DNA of 63,623 nt, the filler included, from a bacterium (GTDB lineage Bacteria; UBA9089; CG2-30-40-21; SBAY01), in NCBI GenBank assembly GCA_040757115.1. It is 5 parts of 5 records of this genome, joined end to end, with 100 filler letters (N's around TTAATTAATTAA, not from the genome) between each part and the next. Parts side by side here need not be neighbours in the genome. Positions count along the whole stretch, not along the records: positions 38,381 to 50,995 come from JBFLYA010000114.1; 4 more parts are not named here. One strand, 5' to 3'. The notes beneath the pieces are model-generated. The model saw only the letters and a list, made by a program, of their open reading frames with translations. It was not told the origin of the DNA and ran no database searches. Of this stretch, positions 38,382 through 50,094 are shown one piece after another; the stretch's first letter is position 1; the number at the start of each line of letters is the position of its first letter. The position numbers and the translations under genes are program-made.

Positions 38382-38756
38382 ATAGAGCGAGCTAAGAAAC
38401 CAGAGAGGCTACCGGTAGTGATGGATAAGGCAGAAGTAAATCGTGTTTTATCAGTAATCTCAGGTACCTATGGGTTGATGGCAAAGCTCATTTATGGTTG
38501 TGGACTATGACTTATGGAATGTATCCGTTTGCGGGTTAAAGATATTGATTTTGCCCGGAATCAAGTGATTGTGCGAGATGGAAAAGGGATGAAGGATAGG
38601 GTAACTATGCTACCGGAAAGTTTAAAACCATTGCTATCAGAACATCTAAAACGGGTTAAGGCATTGCATGAACAAGACCTCAAGAATGGTGTTGGAGAGG
38701 TACATCTGCCTTTTGCACTGGAGCGAAAATATCTTAGTGTCGTGTTGAACAAATAA
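38382..38756 (+). pseudogene. intI: Integron integrase fragment
   Basis: [63 protein letters not shown]. The catalytic box-I Arg position is TGA (38508) and the gene is truncated after ERKY. Confidence 0.85.
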
Positions 38757-38927
38757 CGCACGGAATTTGATTCTGGTAACTGGTGATTGGTAACTGGTAA
38801 TTAAATACCGTTCGGCTGAGGTAATCGGTCAGTTATTGGTGGGAGAAAGGCATAAAGATTAAATTTCTCGCCAGGGCGCAAAGAACGCAAAGGAATAAAT
38901 TGGATTACAGTTATTGTAAATTTTTAG

Positions 38928-38956
38928 TTGACTTAATTTTTATCGTATGGTATAAT
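38928..38956 (+). promoter_or_regulatory. Sigma70 promoter for purE
   Basis: TTGACT-17 nt-TATAAT with an extended TG. Confidence 0.55.
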
Positions 38957-38964
38957 TAAATAAA

Positions 38965-39492
38965 ATGGATAAAGTGTTAGTTGGAATTGTTATTGGTAGT
39001 GATTCTGACCTTACAGTGATGAGTCAAACCATTAAAATTTTAGAGGCTTTTAAAATTAAATATGAAATAGTTATTACCTCTGCCCATAAAACATTAGGAA
39101 AAACAATGGAATATGCCCAAAACGCTAAGGAAAAAGGTTTAGAGGTGTTAATTTGTGGTGCAGGGTTATCCGCGGCATTACCCGGGGTAGTAAGTTCTCA
39201 AACATTTCTGCCAGTAATTGGTGTTCCTGTTTCAAGCACACAGTCTGCCCTTGAAGGATTTGATGCGTTATATTCTATACTTCAGATGCCATCTGGTATT
39301 CCTGTAGCAACTATGTCTATTGGCGAATTGGGGGCAAAAAACGCCGCTCTTTTGACGATACGAATCTTAGCCCTAAAATATCCGACTCTTTATACCCAAT
39401 TAAAGGAATATCAGAATAAACTAGCCACAGAATTAGATGAGAAAGATAAAAAATTGAATGAATTAGGATATGAAAAGTATTTAAGAGAGTAA
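38965..39492 (+). CDS. purE: N5-CAIR mutase
   Basis: GSDSDL, SAH, GAG.SAALPG, PVIGVP, QMPSGIPVAT. Confidence 0.93.
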   Translation: MDKVLVGIVIGSDSDLTVMSQTIKILEAFKIKYEIVITSAHKTLGKTMEYAQNAKEKGLEVLICGAGLSAALPGVVSSQTFLPVIGVPVSSTQSALEGFDALYSILQMPSGIPVATMSIGELGAKNAALLTIRILALKYPTLYTQLKEYQNKLATELDEKDKKLNELGYEKYLRE

Positions 39493-39607
39493 AGGCTATT
39501 AAAATTAAAAGAGGGGAATACAACCCCCTAACCCCCTTTGTTAAGGGGGAATAAACTTGTTTTTCATCGGTTCCTTGGTCTATGGTCTGTAGTCTATTTT
39601 TAGGAGA

Positions 39608-39743
39608 AACGCTCATGCCCCTGTAGGGCACAAAGGAGGATGAAAATAGTAGGTAGGAGATAGAAGGTGGGAGGTAAGGAGATAAGCGTGAGGAGTGATG
39701 TTTTCTTTACTCTCTACTTTCTACTTCCTTATTTTCAGGAGAA
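39608..39743 (+). repeat. Complete family-E element flanked by an AGGAGAA direct repeat
   Basis: AGGAGAA|ACGCTCATGCCCCTGTAGGGCACAAAGGAGGATGAAAATA...TATTTTCAGGAGAA|CATATG. Confidence 0.65.
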
Positions 39744-39746
39744 CAT

Positions 39747-40088
39747 ATGGCGTGTATATTTTGTAAAATCATCAACGGCGAGATACCAGCAAAAATAATT
39801 CATCAGGACGATAAAGTTATTGCCTTTGCTGATATTTCCCCGCAAGCACCAGTTCATATTTTGATTGTGCCAAAAACACATATCCCAACTATTTTGGACT
39901 TACAAGAAATAGATAAAGATTTAGTTGGACATATTTACTTGCTGGCTAAAAAATTAGCCATTGAAAATAATATTGACAAAAGTGGATTTAGAGTAGTTAC
40001 AAATTGTAATAGAGATGCCGGTCAGGAAGTATTTCATATTCATTTTCACCTTTTGGGAGGTAGGAAAATGGGTGGTGTCTTAATCTAG
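39747..40088 (+). CDS. Histidine-triad nucleotide-binding protein (HinT-like), C-terminus altered by insertion
   Basis: CIFCKI, DI.PQAPVHILIVPK.H, GQEVFHIHFHLLGGR; the native GWPPG* is displaced to 40497-40514. Confidence 0.92.
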   Translation: MACIFCKIINGEIPAKIIHQDDKVIAFADISPQAPVHILIVPKTHIPTILDLQEIDKDLVGHIYLLAKKLAIENNIDKSGFRVVTNCNRDAGQEVFHIHFHLLGGRKMGGVLI

Positions 40089-40488
40089 CATAAAGGTTAA
40101 AATAGTGTATAGGGTTCTGCAAAATAGGATTTGAGGGAGACAACAAATAAATATCAAATATCAAATATCAAATATTAAATATCAAATATCAAATATTAAA
40201 TATAAATATCAAAATGCAAAATTACAAATCAAATTTCAAAGAGGAAGTAACAGGGTTTCTCAAAGAGTTGGAGGAATTTAGTAATATCTTTGCTTCAAGT
40301 ATTTTAACGCTGAAATGTAGTAGATAGTTGATAGTTGATAGTTGAAGGACTATAAACCATAAACTATACACTATAAACTATACACTATAAACTATAAACG
40401 AGTTTTGCATTTTGCTCTTTGGAGGAAATCCCTTTTGGACACCAAATCTGCATAGATTTCACTATTAGAGTTATTGTCAGACACTACC
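40071..40488. mobile_element. MITE family C (GGTGGTGTCT TIR), 8-bp TSD GGAAAATG, carrying a four-helix-bundle gene remnant
   Basis: TSD at 40063-40070 and 40489-40496; paralog at 47205-47574. Confidence 0.85.
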
Positions 40489-40688
40489 GGAAAATGGGAT
40501 GGCCACCAGGATAGTAAAGAGTAGTCAGTAAATAGTAGTCTATTGCTCTGGTGATGATAATTTGATAGTTTAATCATCCGAAGTGAAACTCTGGTAATCA
40601 ATGATGAAGTTAGCGGTGAGTGATAAAATATCTACTGTTCATTGAACATACTTTATACATATTATACATAGAAGGGAGTTGAAGAAAT

Positions 40689-40862
40689 ATGCCCGCAGGG
40701 ATAAACATCCGACAGGATGAGTCTTTGGATAATGCTTTACGAAGATTTAAGCGCTCGTGCCAACAGGCAGGGATAATTACTGAAATGAAGAAACGGGAGT
40801 ATTATGAAAAACCAAGCGAAAGAAGAAGAAAAATTATTGCTCGCAGAAAAAAAAGAATATAA
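40689..40862 (+). CDS. rpsU: 30S ribosomal protein S21 (not in the ORF track)
   Basis: [48 protein letters not shown], preceded by an AAGGGAG RBS. Confidence 0.92.
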   Translation: MPAGINIRQDESLDNALRRFKRSCQQAGIITEMKKREYYEKPSERRRKIIARRKKRI

Positions 40863-43800
40863 ATTTATAAGGATTTACCGGGGGATAGTATTCTCAGGAT
40901 TGTTAATATTAATTCAGTTAGGGAATAATGGTGTTTTTGCCGCAGGTGATTCGTGGCCTATGTTTCAACATGACCCACAACGCTCTGCAAGAAGTAATGC
41001 TACCCAAATACACCAACCTGTCCTTAAATGGAATTATTATGTCAACAAATATATCTTTGTTCCCCCGGTAATCGACCAACAAGGAAAGATATATCTGGTA
41101 ACAGAGGCAGGAGACTTACACATTGTATCTTCTTCAGGTAAAAAAGAAAAGATTATTTCCATTGGTGTTGAAATTGACTCAACACCCGCTATCTCAAAAC
41201 AAGGTAATATTTATGTTGGTGTAAGTGATGGTCATATCCTGTGTTTTAATTCAAATTATGAAACTCAATGGGTGTACCCAACTCATAGTAAAATTAAAAC
41301 ATCCGCCATCGCAGTTAGTGACGATGAAACCATCTTTATTGGCACGGTGGATGGAAAACTTTATGCCATAAATAAAGACGGAAGCCTCAGATGGAAATAT
41401 GACACAGAAAGCATCATTCAGTCTTCGCCTGCTATTAGTCAGGATGGGATAATCTATATTGGAACTAATGATGGTAATTTGCACGCAATTGCTCCTGACG
41501 GAACTTTTATCTTTAAAAAAGATGTCAAAAAATCTATCTTTTCATCACCCACAATTGATTCCGCAGGAAATGTTTATATTGGCTCTTCGGATAAAACATT
41601 ATCAATTATAAGTAAAGATGGAAGCATGAATTCTATCCCACTTAATTCAACTGTTTATTCTTCACCAGTGGTATCTAAAGATGGCTCGATTTATATTGGG
41701 ACAGAAGAAGGACTTTATGGAATTACTCCAAAAGGTGTCTGGACCACAAAAATAGGTCGGATTTTTAATTGTACACCAGTTATTACCTCAAATGGAACGA
41801 TTTATATTGCTACTTTTGACGGTAATATCTATGCGATTGAACCAGAAAAAGGTGAAATACTCTGGAGTTATAAAATAGGTTTGGGACCTACATCTTTAGC
41901 CATAGACCAGGAAGGAACAATATATGTTGGTAGCCGTGATAGAAATTTATATGCAATTACCTCGCAAATTACTCCTATTGCTCAAAAGCCAAAAATTCCT
42001 ACCCCTCAGGCGAAAGAAGAAGTAGTAGTAAAAGAGGTAAAAATTATTCCCCCTGTTTCACCAACTAATCTGATTGCAACATCAGTATCTCAAAGCGAAA
42101 TAAGAATTACCTGGCAAGATAACGCCGATAATGAAATTGGATATAGAGTTTATCGTAAATTAGAAGACGAGCCAAAATGGACATTAATAAAAGAATTACC
42201 CGCTAACTCGACCTCATTTTTAGACCCGGACCTTCAAGCAGAAACCACTTATTTCTATCGAGTTGTGGCTTATAATAAAATGGGTTTTTCTCAATATTCA
42301 GTTGAATCCTCTACAACGACTAAACCTTTATTACCAACACCAACTCCGCAACCTCTAACTGAAGTAGAAGTAACTCCAGCCCCAGTTCAACCTGTGCCAC
42401 CATCACAACCTCCAGTTGAGATAAAGATACCGCCAATCTTAATTCAACCTGAACCATTACCTCCACAAATTCCTCCTGTTGTTCCTGCTCCTGTGGTTGT
42501 TGTTCCTACTCCACCTATCATTCCGAAACCCACTGTTACTCCTGAACCATTACCTCCACAAATTCCTCCTGTTGTTCCTGCTCCTGTGGTTGTTGTTCCT
42601 ACTCCACCTATCATTNNNNNNNNNNNNNNNNNNNNNNNNNNNNNNNNNNNNNNNNNNNNNNNNNNNNNNNNNNNNNNNNNNNNNNNNNNNNNNNNNNNNN
42701 NNNNNNNNNNNNNNNTCCTGTGGTTGTTGTTCCTACTCCACCTATCATTCCGAAACCCACTGTTACTCCTGAACCATTACCTCCACAAATTCCTCCTGTT
42801 GTTCCTGCTCCTGTGGTTGTTGTTCCTACTCCACCTATCATTCCGAAACCCACTGTTACTCCTGAACCATTACCTCCACAAATTCCTCCTGTTGTTCCTG
42901 CTCCTGTGGTTGTTGTTCCTACTCCACCTATCATTGCGAAACCTACGGTCATTCCTGTTCCACCTGTCGTTCCGAAGCCCGCTGTTACTCCTGTTCCACC
43001 TGCCGCTCCGACAAACCTGCAACTTGAGCCTGTTTCAAAAGCGGCGATAAAACTCTCCTGGAGTGATAACTCAAATGACGAAGCGGGATTTAAAATAGAG
43101 CGGGCATTACTATCAAAAGAATATGTTGAAATAAAAATCCTTCCTCCAAATACCACTTCCTTCACAGATGAAAGGTTGACAAAAGATACCTTTTATTCCT
43201 ATCGGATAAGGGCATACAATAAAGTGGGTAACTCAGAATATTCAAACCCAGCGGGGATAAGAACACTGGATATTGTTCCTTCAGCACCAACTAAACTAAC
43301 CGGGGCATCAAATATAAGCACAGCGATAAGCCTTTCCTGGCAAGATAACTCAAATAATGAGGCAGGATTTAAGATTGAAAGAAGGGTAGAAACTGAGCCA
43401 GGTTATACAACAATCGCCATTTTGGAACAAAATACAACCTCATATCAAGATTCTGGACTGACACCTAATCTTACTTATTACTATCGAGTTCGCGCCTATA
43501 ATCGGTCCGGTCATTCTGAATACTCAAATTTATTATCTGTAAAGACATTACCGGTCAGGCCATTTGTCCCAACAAACCTTAAAATTAGTTCTATATCTTC
43601 AAATCAAATAAATTTATCCTGGCAGGATAATTCAGATAATGAAACAGGATTTGAATTAGAGCGAAAAGTAGAAGAAGGAAACTATGAAAAAATAACCAAC
43701 ATTCCAGCAAATACAACGAGTTATGAGGATAAAAAATTAGAGCCAAATACCACTTATTATTATCGAATAATGTCTTATAATCAAGCCGGCAAATCAAGTT

Positions 43801-46800
43801 ATTCAAATGAACAGAAGGCAACAACAAAGGATATTCCTCCCTATTCACCATCAGGATTACTGGCAAAACCTATTTCCACAACTCAAATAGACCTTTGCTG
43901 GGAGGATAATTCAAAAAATGAACAAGGATTTAAACTGGAGCGATGCAGAAAAGAACAGTCCTGGACACAAATTGCAATATTACCAGCGGATACGACTGCC
44001 TATCAGGATAAAGATTTACAACAGAATACCAGTTACTTTTATCGTCTTCGGGCTTATAATGGACTGGGAGATTCTGACTATTCCAATGAAGTAGAATGTT
44101 TGACATTAGACATTCTGCCAATCTCACCAACGAATCTTCACCTTCTAACTATATCACCTGATAAAGTAAAATTGATGTGGCAGGATAACTCAGACAATGA
44201 ATCAGGCTTCAAAATAGAAAGAAGACAAAAAGATGGGGTGTATGCACAAATAGATACAGTTTCAAAAAATACAACTGAATATCAGGATAAAGGGCTTCTA
44301 CCTGATATTGATTATTCATATCGGCTACGAGCATATAACCAGACAGGCAATTCTGAATACTCGAATGAGGCTATGGTGAAAATAATCCAAACTATTCCTT
44401 CCTCGCCACTGCATTTTGAGGCAAAGGCTATCTCTGAAAGTAAGATACAACTTACCTGGGAGGATAATTCAGATAATGAATCTGGATTTAAAATAGAGCG
44501 TAAAGCCTCTGATAAAAAAGAATTTGTCCAGATAGCGATTGTCCCTGCAAATATGACTTCTTATACTGATTCAAACCTTAAGCCAGATACAATTTATTAC
44601 TATTATCTTCGTGCCTTTAATCAAGCAGGGGATTCTGATTACTCAAATATAGCCAGAGCCCAAACACATCCGACACCATCTCAACCTACATCTAAAATTC
44701 AATCAAGCCGGATAAGTCCCTATATCGGTGTGGAATCCCCTGATATTTCCTGGACTTATGCCATTAAAAGCAAAATTTACCGTTCTAATCCAATAATCGA
44801 CACTCAGGGAAGAATTTATGTTGGGGCAGAAGATTCATATCTTTATTGTTTTTCACCTCAAGGAAAATTAATATGGAAATATCTGGTTAATGGCAAGATA
44901 AATACCTCTGTTGCCATTGGGGAAGATGGTGTCATCTATGTTGTCTCTCCAGATAAAAATCTATACGCTCTTACACCAAATGGAAGTTTAAAATGGAAAT
45001 ATCCGGTTAAATTTCCAGTTGAATCTTCACCTGTAATCGCTCCTAATCTGGCGATTTTTACCTTTACTTCCAATGGAAAAATATATTCTATCCATCCAGA
45101 TGGAAGAATCAGATGGACAAGTGAAGTTAGTGAGGTAACTACTACCCAAACACCTATAATTGATGATAATGGTAATATTTTCATCGGTGCTGAGGGAATA
45201 AATGGCGGGTTATTTTGTCTTGATTCAAAAGGTAATATTAAATGGCAATACAATAAAGCTGGCAGTGCATTTACCTCACCTACTCTTGACTCAAATGGAA
45301 ATATCTATATTGGGTTGATTAATGGTCTTTATTCTTTTACACCGCAAGGCACAGTTCGATGGAAGATTGAAAAAATAGCAACGAAATTTTCACCAGTGAT
45401 AAGTGTTGATAATGTCCTTTATTGTTATGATTCACAAAAAGGTAATCTTATTGCTCTGAAAGAATCTGGACAAATTCTATGGGAATATCCTCTTGCGGCA
45501 ACGGATATTTCGCCGATTATTGATTCTGCGGGAAATATTTACCCTATCTCACAGGATAATTTATCCTGTCTTTTATCTAACGGAAGGTTAAAATGGAATT
45601 ATACCCTTGATTCTAAAATTAGCACTTCTCCAGCTATTGGACAGGATGGCACTATTTATGTTGGAGGGGATAGAGAATTTTATGCCATCGGGGCTGGTGA
45701 TAAAAAACCATCCATTGCCCCGGGTAGTTTAACCACAAAGGTGCTTTCTTCGTCTCAAATAGACCTGGGCTGGATTGATAACTCAAAAGATGAATCAGGC
45801 TTTATTGTTGAAAGGGCAACGACAGATGGAATTTACACCCAATTAGCCACCTTACCACCTAACACAATAAATTATCAAGACACCAATCTTCCGCCGATGA
45901 CAACCTATTATTATCGGATAAAGGCATTTAACCAATATGGTGATTCAGATTATTGTTCTTATGTTTATGCCACAACCTATGAATTACCTCCTTCTTTACC
46001 AACTGCGGTTTCTATTTTACCTTTAAAAACAGGTAGTAAATTACAATTAACCTGGCAAAATCCACCGGAAAAAACATTCTCACATCTTCAAATCTACCGC
46101 TCGATTGTCAAAGATAACCCAGGAAACCTTATTGCCGATGATATAAAAAAAAATACCTATCTTGATACAGGCCTGGTGAATAATTTACCATACTATTACA
46201 GATTTGTTGTCTGTGATATTTATGGTAATAAATCTATCCCTTCGATTCCATATATAGGGATAGCGGATGATATTGTTTTACCAGAGATAATAGATTATAC
46301 TCCAGTAGGGGAAAATATTTCTCCAGAGACAGTTATTATACTTACCTTTAATGAAAAAATGGATAATGAATCTGTAATAGGGGCATTTTCCATTAGCCCG
46401 CCTACCACTGGCACTTTTACCTGGGAGGCAAATAAACTTATTTTTAGACCAGTGTCTGATTTATACGGCAATACAAAATATACAATCAGTGTTTCAAAAC
46501 AAGCTTGCGATATTTCAGGGAATAATCTGCAAAAACCAGTCAAATGGCAATTTACGACATTTAACCCAGCACCAATAATCTGGTCTTATTCGCCGGTGGA
46601 TTTATCTCCCACGATATTTGAAGGAGAGGCAATAACCTTTGAGGTATATGCCTCAGATTCTAATGATAATGTATTAAGATACAGTTGGAAATTAGATGGT
46701 GTTGAAAAATCGAAGACTAATTCCTGGACATATACACCATCTGCAACTGAAGCCGGGGTTAAAAGACTTATTTTAAGTATAACCGACGGAACATCAATGA

Positions 46801-47126
46801 CACTCCAGAATTGGACAATAACGGTGCTCGATAGAAATATACCACCAAAATTATCTCTACCAAAACAAGAGATAATTATAAATACCAATGAATTATTGCA
46901 GTTTAATATTTCAGCTGAGGATGAAGATGGTGATTTGTTAAGATATACCACATCATCTTTACCTGAAGGAGCATATTTTTCTGAAATGACTAAAATCTTC
47001 AGCTGGCGTCCCACCAATGCCCAGAATGGAATCTACCGGATAATCTTCAAAGTAAATGATGGTAAAGGTGGCGAAGACGAAAAAGAAATCAAAATCTATG
47101 TTAATCGCCCACCAATAATAGAATAA
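40804..47126 (+). CDS. Large surface protein: PQQ-like beta-propellers, multiple FN3 domains, Pro-rich linker, Big_5/Ig domains; split by a scaffold gap
   Basis: [11 protein letters not shown] propeller start, repeated W.DNSDNE.GF.IER FN3 units, second propeller, Ig-like C-terminus. ORFs 40804 and 42720 are one gene. Confidence 0.8.
42448..42945 (+). repeat. 93-bp coding tandem repeat ([31 protein letters not shown]) spanning the gap
   Basis: Identical units at 42448, 42541, 42768 and 42861; N-gap at 42616-42715. Confidence 0.9.
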
Positions 47127-47132
47127 ATAATG

Positions 47133-47770
47133 GTAACCGTTCACCGCACAGACACAGAGACGCAGAGAAAAAATTAAAATCTATTCACCAGAGACAGAAA
47201 TTTCGGTGGTGTCTTAATCTAGCATAAAGGTTAAAATAGTGTATAGGGTTCTGCAAAATAGGATTTGAGGGAGACAACAAATAAATATCAAATATCAAAT
47301 ATCAAATATCAAATATTAAATATCAAATATAAATATCAAAATGCAAAATTACAAATCAAATTTCAAAGAGGAAGTAGCAAGGTTTCTCAAAGAGTTGGAG
47401 GAATTTGGTAATATCTTTGCTTCAAGTATTTTAACGCTGAAAGGAAAGAGATAATTTTACATTTTGATATGTAATTTTTATATTTGCTTTTTGCATTTTG
47501 CTCTTTGGAGGAAATCCCTTTTGGACACCAAATCTGCATAGATTTCACTATTAGAGTTATTTTCAGACACCACCGAAATTTCGGGACGGTTCACTTTTAT
47601 TTGGAATCTTGCGGTTAGAAAATGAAGTTAAACTTTCTGTGAACGCTTACAAGTAACATTTGAAAGAAATCATAGGAAAAACGATAAAAGGAACCGTCCC
47701 CCCAAAAAAAAAGATATTTTCCTCTCTGTTTCTCTGCGTCTCTGCGGTAAAGAATTACCTGAATGCTTAC
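47133..47770. mobile_element. Family-A composite containing a family-C MITE (47205-47574, TSD GAAATTTC)
   Basis: GTAACCGTTCA left end with GCAGAGAC 9-mers; TSD at 47197-47204 and 47575-47582; right ends at 47650 and 47770. Confidence 0.8.
47362..47454 (+). pseudogene. C-terminal remnant of a four-helix-bundle (23S rRNA IVS-like) protein
   Basis: FKEEVARFLKELEEFGNIFASSILTLKGKR* between inverted AAATATC/AAAATGC heptamer arms. Confidence 0.65.
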
Positions 47771-47793
47771 AAAACCAAAAAGAGGAATGAAAA

Positions 47794-48813
47794 ATGATGT
47801 TCAAAACTATATTTTCCAAAAACATTATTCTGACAATAATCATTTTTTTTATCCTTTTGGGTTTGTCCATTTACCAATTTGGTTTGAGCCTTTCTTTGCA
47901 ACAATTCATTAATGGTATTCAAAAAGGGAGTATGTATGCCCTCATTGCCCTGGGATATACTATGGTTTATGGAATTATCAAGTTGATTAACTTTGCCCAC
48001 GGCGATATTTTTATGGTTGGTGTATATCTGGCGTGTTTCTCTGGGAATTTTTTATTTAATCAAAATATCCCCTATTCATTTTTTATAGCGATGATTGTGG
48101 CAATGGTGGGTTGTATGTTATTGGGTATTTTTATCCAGAAGATTGCATATCAACCACTTCGAGATAAACCAAGATTAACCATGCTCATTACGGCTATTGG
48201 TGTTTCTTTATTTTTAGAGAATTTTTTGGCACTTGCCCCACAGTCTGTTCCTTCGCCATTAAAATTTATTGTCTTTGGTCCTCAATTTCGGAAGTTCCCA
48301 CCACTGATTGAAGAAAAAACCATCCAGATATGTGGTATTATCTTCAATAATATCAAACTTATTGACCTGTGGATTGCCATTCTTATGATGATTATTTTGC
48401 AATATATTGTCAAATACACAATGATTGGCAAGGCAATGCGTGCCACCGCATTCAACAAGGATGTTGCTCAACTTATGGGCATAAATATCAACTATGTCAT
48501 TATGGTCACATTTGCTTTAGGTTCAGGATTAGCCGGGATAGCCGGGATACTTTATGGTTTGACTTATGGTGTTCTTCAATCTCCATATCTTGGTTTGTGG
48601 CCTGGTATTGCCGCCTTTGTAGCCGCAGTCGTCGGAGGAATAGGTAATATCCCGGGGGCAATGTTAGGTGGATTTCTGATGGGAATTGTCGAGACTATGG
48701 CTCTATCTATCAATTCTAATTTAGGCTATGTGGCTACTTTCTTCCTGCTTGTTCTGGTGCTTCTTTTTAAACCAACAGGATTATTAGGAAAACCATTTGT
48801 GCAAAAGATATAG
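47794..48813 (+). CDS. livH: Branched-chain amino acid ABC permease
   Basis: QQFINGI..GSMYALIALGYTMVYGIIKLINFAHG, AAVVGGIGNIPGAMLGG. Confidence 0.92.
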   Translation: MMFKTIFSKNIILTIIIFFILLGLSIYQFGLSLSLQQFINGIQKGSMYALIALGYTMVYGIIKLINFAHGDIFMVGVYLACFSGNFLFNQNIPYSFFIAMIVAMVGCMLLGIFIQKIAYQPLRDKPRLTMLITAIGVSLFLENFLALAPQSVPSPLKFIVFGPQFRKFPPLIEEKTIQICGIIFNNIKLIDLWIAILMMIILQYIVKYTMIGKAMRATAFNKDVAQLMGININYVIMVTFALGSGLAGIAGILYGLTYGVLQSPYLGLWPGIAAFVAAVVGGIGNIPGAMLGGFLMGIVETMALSINSNLGYVATFFLLVLVLLFKPTGLLGKPFVQKI

Positions 48814-49076
48814 CTTTCAGGCAAGGGGAAAGGAAGTTTCACGCCAAGCACGCAAAGAACGCAAAGGGAAATAAGGGGAAAAATTACCTTTGCGCCTTTG
48901 CGTGAAAAAACTATTTTCAGGAAAATGTAGTTTTGTAAATCAATCAATTACAATAAGTTACGAACATTTTCAGGAGAAGTATGGGACGCAGATAAACGCA
49001 GATTTTCAGGATTTTTAAATATACATCCTGATAATCTGCGAAAATCTGCGTCCCATAACCTATTTTCAGGAGAAAA

Positions 49077-50081
49077 ATGAAAAAATATAATTATAACTAC
49101 CTTTACTTAATTCTAATATTTGCCAGTATGACCGTCTGGATACTTGGAGATAAAGGAATAATTACCACCTATTATATTCAGATATTCATCCTTATTTGTA
49201 TTAATATCATCCTCACGACTTCCCTGAATTTGATTAATGGTTTTTGTGGTCAACTTTCCATTGGCCACGCTGGTTTTATGGCTATTGGGGCTTATTCAGC
49301 CTCTTTATTTACTACCATTATTCCCAAAGCATATCTTTACTCCTTTTCCAACCTCAATCCAATATCTCAATGGGCAATATTTTTACTATCTTTAGTCATC
49401 GCCGGGTTTATGGCTGGCTTAGTCGCATATTTTATTGGTTTACCGCTTTTAAGACTTCGGGGTGATTACTTAGCCATTGGCACATTAGCCTTTGGTGAAG
49501 TAATTCGTGGTGTAGCCAAACTAAGTGATGAAATAGGCACATTCTTCAACGATATTGGACTTAAAAATTTAGGTGAACTAATTATTGGGATAAATGGTCC
49601 AAGGGGTTTAGGTGGTATCCCTCATTTAACCAATATCTTCTGGGTAGTTAGTTTGACTATTATCATCATATTTATCATTGACCGATTAGTTCATTCAAGT
49701 TATGGTCGGGCATGGGTGAGTATTCGAGAAGATGAAATATCAGCAGAAATGATGGGGATTAATACCGCCAGATATAAACTATTAGCCTTTAGTTTAGCGG
49801 GTTTTTTTGCCGGGATAGGTGGTGGACTTTATGCCCATATCTTAATGTTTATTCATCCAGATAACTTTTGCTTCATCAAATCTGTTGAATATTTAGTCTA
49901 TCTTTATCTTGGTGGAATGAGTAGTATTCTTGGGTCGGTTATTAGTGCGGCAGGGATTACATTTCTGCTTGAATTTATGAGAATTATTGGATTTCAAGAG
50001 TGGCGACTGGTGATATACCCACTTATTCTTATTATCCTGATGCTCACAAAACCAGAAGGATTCTTTAAAAAAGACCTATAA
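49077..50081 (+). CDS. livM: Branched-chain amino acid ABC permease
   Basis: SLNLINGFCGQLSIGHAGF, LRLRGDYLAI.TLAFGE, IREDEI.AE.MGIN. Confidence 0.92.
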   Translation: MKKYNYNYLYLILIFASMTVWILGDKGIITTYYIQIFILICINIILTTSLNLINGFCGQLSIGHAGFMAIGAYSASLFTTIIPKAYLYSFSNLNPISQWAIFLLSLVIAGFMAGLVAYFIGLPLLRLRGDYLAIGTLAFGEVIRGVAKLSDEIGTFFNDIGLKNLGELIIGINGPRGLGGIPHLTNIFWVVSLTIIIIFIIDRLVHSSYGRAWVSIREDEISAEMMGINTARYKLLAFSLAGFFAGIGGGLYAHILMFIHPDNFCFIKSVEYLVYLYLGGMSSILGSVISAAGITFLLEFMRIIGFQEWRLVIYPLILIILMLTKPEGFFKKDL

Positions 50082-50094
50082 AAGGTGGGAAAAA

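Noticed and set aside
42479-43165. Leu-rich and Gly/Thr-rich ORFs, and the Leu-rich tail of ORF 40804-43050
   Set aside because: Alternate-frame or antisense readings of the 93-bp repeat, with a frame offset caused by the 100-N gap.
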